From Paludibacter sp. (GTDB lineage Bacteria; Bacteroidota; Bacteroidia; Bacteroidales; Paludibacteraceae), in NCBI GenBank assembly GCA_034928085.1, contig JAYFPG010000022.1, positions 51,456-115,455 of the forward strand: a DNA stretch of 64,000 nt. Direction: 5' to 3'. The notes beneath the pieces are model-generated. The model saw only the letters and a program-made list of their open reading frames with translations. It was not told the DNA's origin and ran no database searches. The position numbers were made by a program, and so were the translations under genes. Positions within the stretch are counted from its first letter, which is position 1, and the number at the start of each line of letters is the position of its first letter. Below are positions 56,594 to 64,000 of the stretch, piece by piece.

Positions 56594-56833
56594 TTATTCG
56601 AGTATGCTGTAATCTTTTAATAATCCTGTAAACTCATCGAGGTCACGTTCAAGTAACAAACGGTCGACATCGTAATTTTCACTGATCTCTTCAATAATTT
56701 CAGATGTTGACTTATCCTGTTTCAATAAGCTGATAATTTCCGAACCGATTCCATTTGTTGAAAATGAATCTCCGGTCGCAGGATTAAACAGAAATCCCTC
56801 GTCGCTTACGGCTATGTTTTTACGTATTCTCAT
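56594..56833 (-). CDS. PqqD-family / RiPP recognition element (RRE) protein
   Basis: 79 aa; beta-strands (IAVSDEGFLFNPATGDSFSTN) followed by three helices (GSEIISLL, EIIEEISENYDV, LERDLDEFTGLLK); start moved to MRIRKN (56833). Confidence 0.82.
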   Translation of the reverse strand: MRIRKNIAVSDEGFLFNPATGDSFSTNGIGSEIISLLKQDKSTSEIIEEISENYDVDRLLLERDLDEFTGLLKDYSILE

Positions 56834-56856
56834 AACGGTGTTAGTTTTGTTTGATG

Positions 56857-56920
56857 CAAATGTAAAACTACTGAAAAATGCTTCCAAATTTTTTCAGTGC
56901 AACGCGGACAATTTTCAGTG
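56857..56920 (-). promoter_or_regulatory. Promoter of the PqqD/ATP-grasp operon with LytTR-type direct repeats
   Basis: -7 TACATTTG (56857-56864); CACTGAAAA-N12-CACTGAAAA (56912-56920 and 56891-56899). Confidence 0.6.
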
Positions 56921-56929
56921 AAATTAAAT

Positions 56930-59005
56930 TCAAAGTATAATTTTTTCAGTAAACTCCCCGATTTTTACCACGAAGATTCCCCTGACGGGAAGATAAATGT
57001 TCATTGTTTCAGTGCTTGCTTTTTGTTTGGTGATTGATAGACCATGCAAACTGTAAATTTCAATCCAATCGCCCGGAGTCAGGTTTCTAATGGATAGCCC
57101 ATCGCGGGTTCTAAAGCATCGGCAGGATTGTTGGGAGGGCATATGAGCCGAAGTGTTGAAATCGACTTCTGTTATAGTAAGAAATTCTCCCCAATAGGGT
57201 GCGTCGGCGTATAAAGTACGGGAAGCTGTTGGTACCATTAACGTACAGCTTGTTTTGTTGATTAAATCTAAGGTGTAATAATCAACAACAGGTGGAAGCG
57301 ATTTAGCAACTCCTATATTAGTTAAATTTGAACAGGCATAAAAAGCGCCTGCCCCTATTGAATCTGTGCTTTGCGGTATTGTTAAACTGGTGAGTCCTGT
57401 ACAATATTCAAAAGCATATGCCCCAATTTTCTGAATATTCTGTGTTAGATTTATCTCTGTTAGTTTATTGCAACCGTCAAATGCAGCATACTCAATTTGT
57501 TTTACTGATGACGGAATGGAGTATTCACCCGCTTTACTTAATGGGCACAAATAAAGCTGTTCCTGATTTTTGCTGAATAAAACGCCATCTGTGGCGCTAT
57601 AATATTGATTGGCGCCGTCGACGGTGAATCCGCTGATGGCAGTGCAATTATAAAAAGCATATTCACCAAGATAATTCAGGGAAGCGGGAAAATGAATGTT
57701 GCCAGTAATACCTGTGCAATTATTAAAGGCTCCCGGGTCGATAGTAACCGTATTCCCGGGTATGGTGATGTTACCGGTTTTAGTTGTTGGGCAAATGATG
57801 ATTCTGTCCTTAGATTTTGAATGCAAAATGCCATTTTCAGCCGTAAAATAAGGGTTGAGCGCATTCGCTGCATAAGCCCCGATCTGACTGCAACCGTAAA
57901 ATGCATAATATCCAATATAATCGGTTAGCTGTGGGATGGTGATGGTGCCGGTCAGTTTGGAACATTTATAAAAAGCGTGACTTCCTATCAACTTAACAGA
58001 ATTAGGGATGGTAAATGTACCTGTTTTAGCGCCGGGACAAATAAACAAAGTATCAAGATTTTTGCTGTACAAGACGTCATTGGAGGCTGTATAATCGGGG
58101 TTTGCGGCATTTACGGTAAAGGATTTCAGGTTATTACATTCTAAAAAGCAATACATGCCAAGATTTGTCAGGCTTGCCGGTATGGTTACGGTACCGGTTA
58201 AGTTGTAACAGCCGTAGAAGCTGCCATCACCCAGTGATGTAACTCCGTTTGGGATTGTGAGGTTCCCGGAAATGCCCGAACAGTAGGCAAATGCGTATGT
58301 GCCTGTTGAAATTAATGAACTTGGTAATGTTACAGTTGTAAGATTATAGCAGTTCTCGAAAGCTGAATTGGCAATATGTTTTACTGTGGCCGGGATGGCG
58401 TAATTTCCGGTTTTAGCATTCGGGCATACGAACAGCGTGTCTTGCATTTTGTTGAATAGAATACCGTTTGAGCTGCTGTATCTGGTGTTTGAGCTGTTTA
58501 CTGAAAATGAATTTAATGCATAACATCCGTAAAAAGCATAGTCCCCAATTGATTTCACTTTAGCCGGAATACTTATTGAGGTCATATTCCAGCAATAATA
58601 AAATGCAAGTTCACCAATCGATGTGATAGTTGGAGGAAGCGTGACCATTGTCAACGACGGTTTGTATGATAGTAATGCAGGATTGTAAAAGGCGTAGGCC
58701 GGAAACTCATTTGCAGGATAGTTTATCTGTGTACCGGTGTTGGTTCCATCGGTTCCACTATAAGAATTTATAACGGCATCGGTAAAATTCAGTGAGGATA
58801 CTTTCTTTACCTCATCCCGGATGAAAGCGATGTCCCTGGCGTCAATATTTCCGGCAACCGACAGATTTATAAGATTAGTCCGGTCACTTTCATTTAAATA
58901 AGCAGAAAGAGTTCCGGCGGTTGTTACATACACCGATTTGGAAATTTGAGCTTGTAATGTAAGGAAAGATAATACGCAAAACGTCAATAAGAGTGATTTT
59001 TTCAT
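56930..59005 (-). CDS. BspA-like leucine-rich-repeat surface protein with probable T9SS CTD
   Basis: Many LT.ITIP.SV..IG..AF..C repeats; four V...N..Y....GVL.SK....L..CP inserts; C-terminal EIYSLHG...GIFVVKI...KIIL. Confidence 0.9.
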   Translation of the reverse strand: MKKSLLLTFCVLSFLTLQAQISKSVYVTTAGTLSAYLNESDRTNLINLSVAGNIDARDIAFIRDEVKKVSSLNFTDAVINSYSGTDGTNTGTQINYPANEFPAYAFYNPALLSYKPSLTMVTLPPTITSIGELAFYYCWNMTSISIPAKVKSIGDYAFYGCYALNSFSVNSSNTRYSSSNGILFNKMQDTLFVCPNAKTGNYAIPATVKHIANSAFENCYNLTTVTLPSSLISTGTYAFAYCSGISGNLTIPNGVTSLGDGSFYGCYNLTGTVTIPASLTNLGMYCFLECNNLKSFTVNAANPDYTASNDVLYSKNLDTLFICPGAKTGTFTIPNSVKLIGSHAFYKCSKLTGTITIPQLTDYIGYYAFYGCSQIGAYAANALNPYFTAENGILHSKSKDRIIICPTTKTGNITIPGNTVTIDPGAFNNCTGITGNIHFPASLNYLGEYAFYNCTAISGFTVDGANQYYSATDGVLFSKNQEQLYLCPLSKAGEYSIPSSVKQIEYAAFDGCNKLTEINLTQNIQKIGAYAFEYCTGLTSLTIPQSTDSIGAGAFYACSNLTNIGVAKSLPPVVDYYTLDLINKTSCTLMVPTASRTLYADAPYWGEFLTITEVDFNTSAHMPSQQSCRCFRTRDGLSIRNLTPGDWIEIYSLHGLSITKQKASTETMNIYLPVRGIFVVKIGEFTEKIIL

Positions 59006-59020
59006 TTTTTGCTGATATGC

Positions 59021-59923
59021 TTATTTAATAAAGTTCCTGCCGAGATATTGTTGAAAACTTTCTTTGTATTGTTCTCCAATAGGAATGAATTTCTTTTGTT
59101 CAATAAATATCCTGTTTTTCTCTACTGCCTGAATTTTATCGAGGTTGACAATAAAGGATCGTTGCACCCGCATAAAACGGTCAGTGGGCAGTTTGGTTTC
59201 TATGTTTTTCAAACGCATGAAAGTCGTGATGCTCTCCCCTTCATTCAGGTATATTTTAATGTACTCGTTGGCGCTTTCAATATATAAGATGTCCGAAATA
59301 AGTATTTTTACCATCTTTAAATCAGATTTCACATAGATGTATTCGTCAATGTGCTGATTTTCTTGCTGTACCTGTTTCTGTAGTTCTTTTTTTTGTTTTT
59401 CTTCTTCTATCCAGAAAAGGATAACTTTGTAGGCTGTACCTGTTCCAATCACCAATAAAGCAATGATGAGACTTTGTAAAAACTGCATTTCAGCAGTTCT
59501 TTCTGCTGATTGGTTTTGCATCCTGAATCCGGCTGGTGGAGGCATTCTTTCCGACAACTCCATAGGAGGCATGCCGGGACCGAGTTCCATGGGAGGCATG
59601 CCGGTTACCGACCGTGTTGTGTAGTTGTTTTCGACACGGAGACTGAAACATATTATCAGGGGAGTAATTGCCAGAATCAATAAAATGTATCTTTCATATT
59701 GCTTCTTTTTAAGATAGAGAGGAATTAAAACATAAATGTTGAGTACGAATACGAGTAAAAAAGAAGCGATTTTGATCCAGGATTCCATTATCCGACCCCA
59801 GAGTAATTTGTCCTCCGTCTGGTTAACTCCTATTGGTATAAGGAAAATTATCAGCCATATCAGAACAAAAATGGCTGATTCGATGAGCGTAAAATTGACT
59901 GATTTCTTTTTTGTGTTCTGCAT
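59021..59923 (-). CDS. Membrane-anchored LytTR-domain regulator (LytS-like TM region joined to LytTR)
   Basis: 4 TM helices, Pro/Met-rich loop, short charged coil, then YIYVKSD...ILYIES..EYIKI...FMRVQRSFIVN. Start moved to 59923 because a -7 element (TATATTTG, 59946-59953) lies in the ORF-track extension. Confidence 0.8.
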   Translation of the reverse strand: MQNTKKKSVNFTLIESAIFVLIWLIIFLIPIGVNQTEDKLLWGRIMESWIKIASFLLVFVLNIYVLIPLYLKKKQYERYILLILAITPLIICFSLRVENNYTTRSVTGMPPMELGPGMPPMELSERMPPPAGFRMQNQSAERTAEMQFLQSLIIALLVIGTGTAYKVILFWIEEEKQKKELQKQVQQENQHIDEYIYVKSDLKMVKILISDILYIESANEYIKIYLNEGESITTFMRLKNIETKLPTDRFMRVQRSFIVNLDKIQAVEKNRIFIEQKKFIPIGEQYKESFQQYLGRNFIK

Positions 59924-60003
59924 GAAAAGCATAAAAAGTTTGATGCAAATATAACCTTCATCACGTAACAACACAAATTATATCAGTATAAGCGCTGATT
60001 TTT

Positions 60004-60762
60004 TCAGTGAAATCCTTTCGCTTTTAATACTTCCATTGCCTTCTGATATCCCAGATCGAAGATCTCCATCACCTTGTCGGTTTCAAACAGATCAAAGTCG
60101 TAGATATTTTCGGGTTCGATGAGGATATCGCATAATGCTTTGTCGGCAAGTGTGTTGGCCCTGAACATGAAGTGGTAGGTTCGAAAAGCCACATCCATGA
60201 TGTTGACCTTGTACTTTTGGGCTACGAGCGGACCAACGTTAATTCCAATCAATAAATCGCATTCCTTGCGAATTGTTGAAACGGGGAAGTTTTTCAGCAG
60301 TCCTCCGTCGACATAATAATTGTTGTTTATTTTCTGGGGCGTAAAAAGTACCGGAATGCTACTTGACGCCATCACGGGTTTCAATAAATTACCTTCAGAA
60401 AAAGTTTCGGGAACACCGGTGTCAAAATTGGTGGCTACAATTCTAAGCGGGACGTTCAGTTCTTCAAATGTCTTGGCTTTCAGTTTCCGGCCAAGAAATC
60501 GGGCAAATGGAGCAATGCTGAAAAAACCGCCATCGGGAACATCTAATTTCGTCATTTTCTTGAAACTGATGTCTTCAAACATTTGTGCAATTTCGATGGG
60601 TTTGTGCCCATCGGCATACAGAGCCCCCACAATGGAACCTGCACTTACACCGGAAATGATTTCCGGCTTGATGTTCAGTTCTTCCATTGCCATCAATACA
60701 CCAGCGTGTGATATTCCCCGGATACCTCCGCCGCTCAATGCCAAACCAATTTTGTAAGCCAT
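60004..60762 (-). CDS. Patatin-like phospholipase
   Basis: LSGGGIRG, GVSAGS, DGG motifs. Confidence 0.92.
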   Translation of the reverse strand: MAYKIGLALSGGGIRGISHAGVLMAMEELNIKPEIISGVSAGSIVGALYADGHKPIEIAQMFEDISFKKMTKLDVPDGGFFSIAPFARFLGRKLKAKTFEELNVPLRIVATNFDTGVPETFSEGNLLKPVMASSSIPVLFTPQKINNNYYVDGGLLKNFPVSTIRKECDLLIGINVGPLVAQKYKVNIMDVAFRTYHFMFRANTLADKALCDILIEPENIYDFDLFETDKVMEIFDLGYQKAMEVLKAKGFH

Positions 60763-60788
60763 GTTTTTTAGTGGTTAGTTGATAGTGG

Positions 60789-61649
60789 TTATATCGAGTA
60801 CTGCGAAAATTTCTCCATCACCTTGTCGTAATATGTTTTTGTGACCGGAATGTCGGGTGCGTTCGGGGCGTCAAGTTCCAAAAAAATACCTGCTTTGGTT
60901 TTTCTGAGTACCTTCACCTTATCTAAGTTGATAATATAGGAACGGTGACAACGAACCAACGGGGTTTCTTTTGTCAGGTTTTCCTCCATCCATTTCAATG
61001 AATTACGAATCAGGAAATTGGCGATTTTTTCTTTGTTGATATAATGAATGGTCGCATAATTGTCGGCAGAATCAATGTAGATTAAATTATCCAGCATAAT
61101 AGAGATTTTTAGCTCTCCTTTTTCATCGGTAAATCCAATCAGGCCTTTTTTAGGAATCTCAGTTAATGTTCTCTGGGTAACTCTTTCATTTAATAACCGG
61201 TTCTTATCCTTCCATGAAAAATACAAAAATGACATGGTGTAAGGAATTAAGAGTACCAGACTGGTATTGACGGCTGAGTTTTTCAACAGAATGAAAAAAT
61301 CTCTTTCTTCTGCTCCTTTCGGAACAAATTTCGAGAAAAGAGCGTAGAACATCGACATGGCAATGATTTCAGCAAATACCCAAACGGCATATTGCAGGTA
61401 ATTGACTTCATTTTTTCTTGTATACAACCCGAGAAATAAACGGCTTATTACTACCACCAGCATGCCAGTCAATATAATTAAACTGGAAAAAAAGAAGTAA
61501 TTAAAGTCTGATACGCCCTTATACCAGTCTCTGGAACCGAAAGGCTGGAAGATATTAATAAAAAGCAAAGCAAAAAATGCCGTGAACAATATCATGTGTG
61601 TGGTATTGCGCTTTTCAAGCAGGTAAAAAGGAATTTTTTGATCCACCAT
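60789..61649 (-). CDS. Membrane-bound one-component LytTR regulator
   Basis: 4 TM helices; IYIDSADNY, RCHRSYIINL; -7 TACCTTTG at 61676-61683. Confidence 0.87.
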   Translation of the reverse strand: MVDQKIPFYLLEKRNTTHMILFTAFFALLFINIFQPFGSRDWYKGVSDFNYFFFSSLIILTGMLVVVISRLFLGLYTRKNEVNYLQYAVWVFAEIIAMSMFYALFSKFVPKGAEERDFFILLKNSAVNTSLVLLIPYTMSFLYFSWKDKNRLLNERVTQRTLTEIPKKGLIGFTDEKGELKISIMLDNLIYIDSADNYATIHYINKEKIANFLIRNSLKWMEENLTKETPLVRCHRSYIINLDKVKVLRKTKAGIFLELDAPNAPDIPVTKTYYDKVMEKFSQYSI

Positions 61650-61710
61650 TTTTAGTTTAATTATTTTGAACCTCGCAAAGGTAAATTTTTATATTCATTA
61701 ATGCAATAAG

Positions 61711-61779
61711 TTAATCCCTGGATGATGTTTTTTAGTCCCTGTATGTTTTTTTTAGTCCCGCATTGGCCTTTTTAATCCC
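61711..61779. promoter_or_regulatory. Four TTA(A/G)TCCC direct repeats at 20-21 bp period (putative LytTR operator)
   Basis: Copies start at 61711, 61732, 61752 and 61772. Confidence 0.65.
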
Positions 61780-61853
61780 TTGTTATGTCTGGATTTCTCA
61801 GAAAGTTGTCCTGATATTTACTATGTAGTTTATTTGCAAATAAAAAAATCACC

Positions 61854-62981
61854 ATGTCATACTCGACTCGCTTTCAGGAACTTTCATTGCAGTTTAAAAT
61901 CGGCAGAAATACAGAAATAGAAAACGCAGGCGTTTCGGTTGTTTTCTTCCCGTTTAAAAGTCACCGCTCATTTACCGGTGTATCGGGTGAAATAAATTCT
62001 TTCATCATTTCCGACTCTGTTGAAGAAAACGAGGTGTTTGAATATCCCGTTTTTGTGCCGTCGAATGCAAGAAAACATAGCGAAGTTATTCTGTTGTTGC
62101 ATGGGTTAAACGAGCGGAACTGGTCGAAGTATTTACCCTGGGCAGAATATCTCTGTAAACAAACAGGTAAAGCTGTATTGTTGTTCCCGATTGCCTATCA
62201 CGTGAACAGATCTCCGCACAGTTGGTCGAATCCCCGGTTTCTGCAAAAGATTCTGGATTTAAGAAGAACAGTACATGGCAACGATCGTTCGCTGAGTTTT
62301 GCCAATGTGGCGCTTAGCGAACGATTGAGTCATAATCCGCAGCGGTTTTACAGTTCGGGGCGACAAAGTTTCGACGATATTGTAAAATTAATTGGAGATA
62401 TAAAAGCCGGAAAACATCCTTTATTTGATAAGAAGACAAAAATTGATGTGTTTGCCTATTCAATCGGAGCTTTCTTGTCGCAGGTACTTTTCTTAAATAA
62501 TCCGAATGATTACTTTTCAGAGTCGAAACTTTTTATGTTTTGCGGAGGAAGTATCTTCAATTCGATGTGTGGTGAGTCGCGGAGCATCATGGATAAAAAG
62601 AGTTATGAGCAATTGTTTGAATATTACCAGACTGGCTTCTGGGCAGAGAAAATTGCGGTGAATACCGGCGATGCAGTCATGGCATCATTTTATAGTATGC
62701 TCACACCCGACAATGAAAAGTTGAAGCGGACTTCAATATTCCGTCAGATGAAAGACCGAATCGGAGGTGTTTCTCTGGCATTAGATAAAGTGATTCCTTA
62801 CCATGGAGTGGTACAAGCGCTGGGACATGATTGCGCTTCCAAAACAATTACACTGCTTGATTTACCCTATGAATATACACATGAAGCTCCGTTCCCAGTG
62901 TCCAAACAAGTAGATCAACAGGAGGTTGATGCTTCTTTTTTGCAGATTTTCAGGCAGGCAGCTGGATTTTTGGGGAACTAA
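61854..62981 (+). CDS. Alpha/beta-hydrolase-fold protein (DUF6051-like)
   Basis: LLLHGLNER, AYSIGA nucleophile-elbow-like motif, DKVIP, YTHEAPFP. Confidence 0.65.
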   Translation: MSYSTRFQELSLQFKIGRNTEIENAGVSVVFFPFKSHRSFTGVSGEINSFIISDSVEENEVFEYPVFVPSNARKHSEVILLLHGLNERNWSKYLPWAEYLCKQTGKAVLLFPIAYHVNRSPHSWSNPRFLQKILDLRRTVHGNDRSLSFANVALSERLSHNPQRFYSSGRQSFDDIVKLIGDIKAGKHPLFDKKTKIDVFAYSIGAFLSQVLFLNNPNDYFSESKLFMFCGGSIFNSMCGESRSIMDKKSYEQLFEYYQTGFWAEKIAVNTGDAVMASFYSMLTPDNEKLKRTSIFRQMKDRIGGVSLALDKVIPYHGVVQALGHDCASKTITLLDLPYEYTHEAPFPVSKQVDQQEVDASFLQIFRQAAGFLGN

Positions 62982-63156
62982 GATTATTATTGTTCGGTAA
63001 AAAATTCATTTTAAGTTTTTCCTTCTCTGCAACATATTTGATATTTTTTTCATCTTAGAATTGTTTGTGAATAGTTTCCCTTTTTTCGAAACCGTTTTGT
63101 GTTTTGATTAGTGAGAAAATAATTCAATATAAATCAATAAGTTTAGTTAATATCAA

Positions 63157-63921
63157 ATGTTTATGAAAAGAATTTTTTATCAAATCTCAGTGTTTCTGTT
63201 TGCCGGATTTATTTTTGCCGGTTGTGCAGATGACGATTATACCCAGGAAAATTATTGGGTGGATATCGCGACAGTTGAAAATCCGGATCAAAAATCAAAG
63301 TTCTTTTTGCATCTGGATGATAGCTCCAGTTTATGGACAGAACAAACAAACTTCCCAAGTTATAAACCTGAAGACGGACAGCGCGTGATTGCCTATTATT
63401 CAGTACTTTCAGATAAGCGTGCAACCGGCTTGTACGATTACGATGTGAAATTGCATGATGTGTATGAAGTCCTTACAAAAGGGATTTTTGAGATGACGCC
63501 TGAAAAACAGGACAGCATCGGCAATGATTCGATTTATGTCTCCGATATGTGGGTGGGTAGTAAATACCTGAATGTAGAGTTTTATTACTACGGATGGAAT
63601 AAAACGCACTTTATTAACCTGGTGTCGGATACTGCCAAAACTTATACCGACGGTAAAGTACACCTGGAATTCAGGCATAATGCCAATAATGATGAACCGT
63701 ATCATCGTCGCTGGGGTATCGTTTCGTTTGACATCAGTTCATTGCAGTCGAATACTGCCGATTCTGTGGAACTCGTTATCCATGTTAATATGCCCAACCA
63801 GGTTGAAGATGAATTATTTGAACTGACCTATCGCTACAATAACAACGGAAGTGCGGGTGTTATAAAGAAGTCCCGTATTCAAAAGGCTGATGCCTATGTG
63901 CGTGATAATGAAGTGAGATAA
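63157..63921 (+). CDS. NigD-like lipoprotein
   Basis: Lipobox AGC followed by ADDD; DGQRVIAYY; GNDSI...W....YLNV.F; H.INLV; LEFRHNAN.D. Confidence 0.75.
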   Translation: MFMKRIFYQISVFLFAGFIFAGCADDDYTQENYWVDIATVENPDQKSKFFLHLDDSSSLWTEQTNFPSYKPEDGQRVIAYYSVLSDKRATGLYDYDVKLHDVYEVLTKGIFEMTPEKQDSIGNDSIYVSDMWVGSKYLNVEFYYYGWNKTHFINLVSDTAKTYTDGKVHLEFRHNANNDEPYHRRWGIVSFDISSLQSNTADSVELVIHVNMPNQVEDELFELTYRYNNNGSAGVIKKSRIQKADAYVRDNEVR

Positions 63922-63944
63922 ATTTGTTTTTTAATTTTGCAAAG

Positions 63945-63977
63945 AAGCCTGCGTCCTGATGGATTGCAGGTTTTTTT
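63945..63977 (+). terminator. Intrinsic terminator after the NigD-like gene
   Basis: aagcctgc-gtcc-tgat-ggat-t-gcaggttt followed by a T-run. Confidence 0.7.
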
Positions 63978-64000
63978 GTTTTCGACTTTTTCTGTCCTGA

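Noticed and set aside
45033-56833. GG-peptides as substrates of the ATP-grasp/RRE cluster (graspetide) or as lanthipeptides
   Set aside because: Separated by the two-component system, a bidirectional terminator and aspC. Cores lack Cys, Lys and Glu, leaders lack YxxP, and no Lan or radical-SAM enzyme is present. Not excluded in trans, but unsupported.
56930-59005. Repeat periodicity in the LRR gene as a novel repeat system
   Set aside because: Explained by ordinary BspA-type leucine-rich repeats.
59009-60757. Plus-strand ORFs of 60-145 aa over the LytTR fusion and patatin
   Set aside because: Antisense shadows of supported genes.
1-64000. rRNA, tRNA, CRISPR, integrase/transposase, phage or defence genes
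   Set aside because: None recognised by eye; tRNAscan-SE, Infernal and DefenseFinder were not run, so small structured RNAs cannot be excluded.

Overview
Bacteroidales-type genomic segment, almost all on the minus strand, with Bacteroidetes-style TAnnTTTG promoters, SusC/SusD pairs and T9SS cargo proteins. 1-37.2 kb: two adjacent ECF-sigma/anti-sigma/SusC/SusD polysaccharide-utilisation loci flanking a GH20-SGNH/MFS(OPA) block. Their enzymes are unusual: 2 glycerophosphodiester phosphodiesterases, 2 EEP phosphoesterase domains, 2 GH20, GH3, GH31, 2 SGNH esterase domains, a Tat-type Gfo/Idh/MocA protein, and beta-helix and GLUG-repeat paralogues. This set fits a glycosylated glycerol-phosphate polymer such as teichoic acid (inference). 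37.4-41.9 kb: fabI and an aromatic amino-acid operon preceded by an unannotated Phe/Tyr-rich leader peptide with an attenuator, plus small palindromic elements. 42.1-47.8 kb: three unannotated double-glycine-leader peptide genes (cores YYVNIILPDGTVVRVRV twice, YYVNIILPDGRRIRIRV), a C39-peptidase ABC exporter, an internally shortened HlyD and a divergent HK/OmpR two-component system. 49.2-56.9 kb: a PqqD/RRE, ATP-grasp, LysA-like decarboxylase (with an N-terminal YxxPxL motif), urea-transporter/M23 fusion, TPR cluster of unknown function. The rest: LRR surface protein, two membrane LytTR regulators, patatin, an alpha/beta-hydrolase-like protein and a NigD-like lipoprotein. No rRNA, tRNA, CRISPR array or transposase was seen. 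All family calls come from motif recognition by eye, not database searches.
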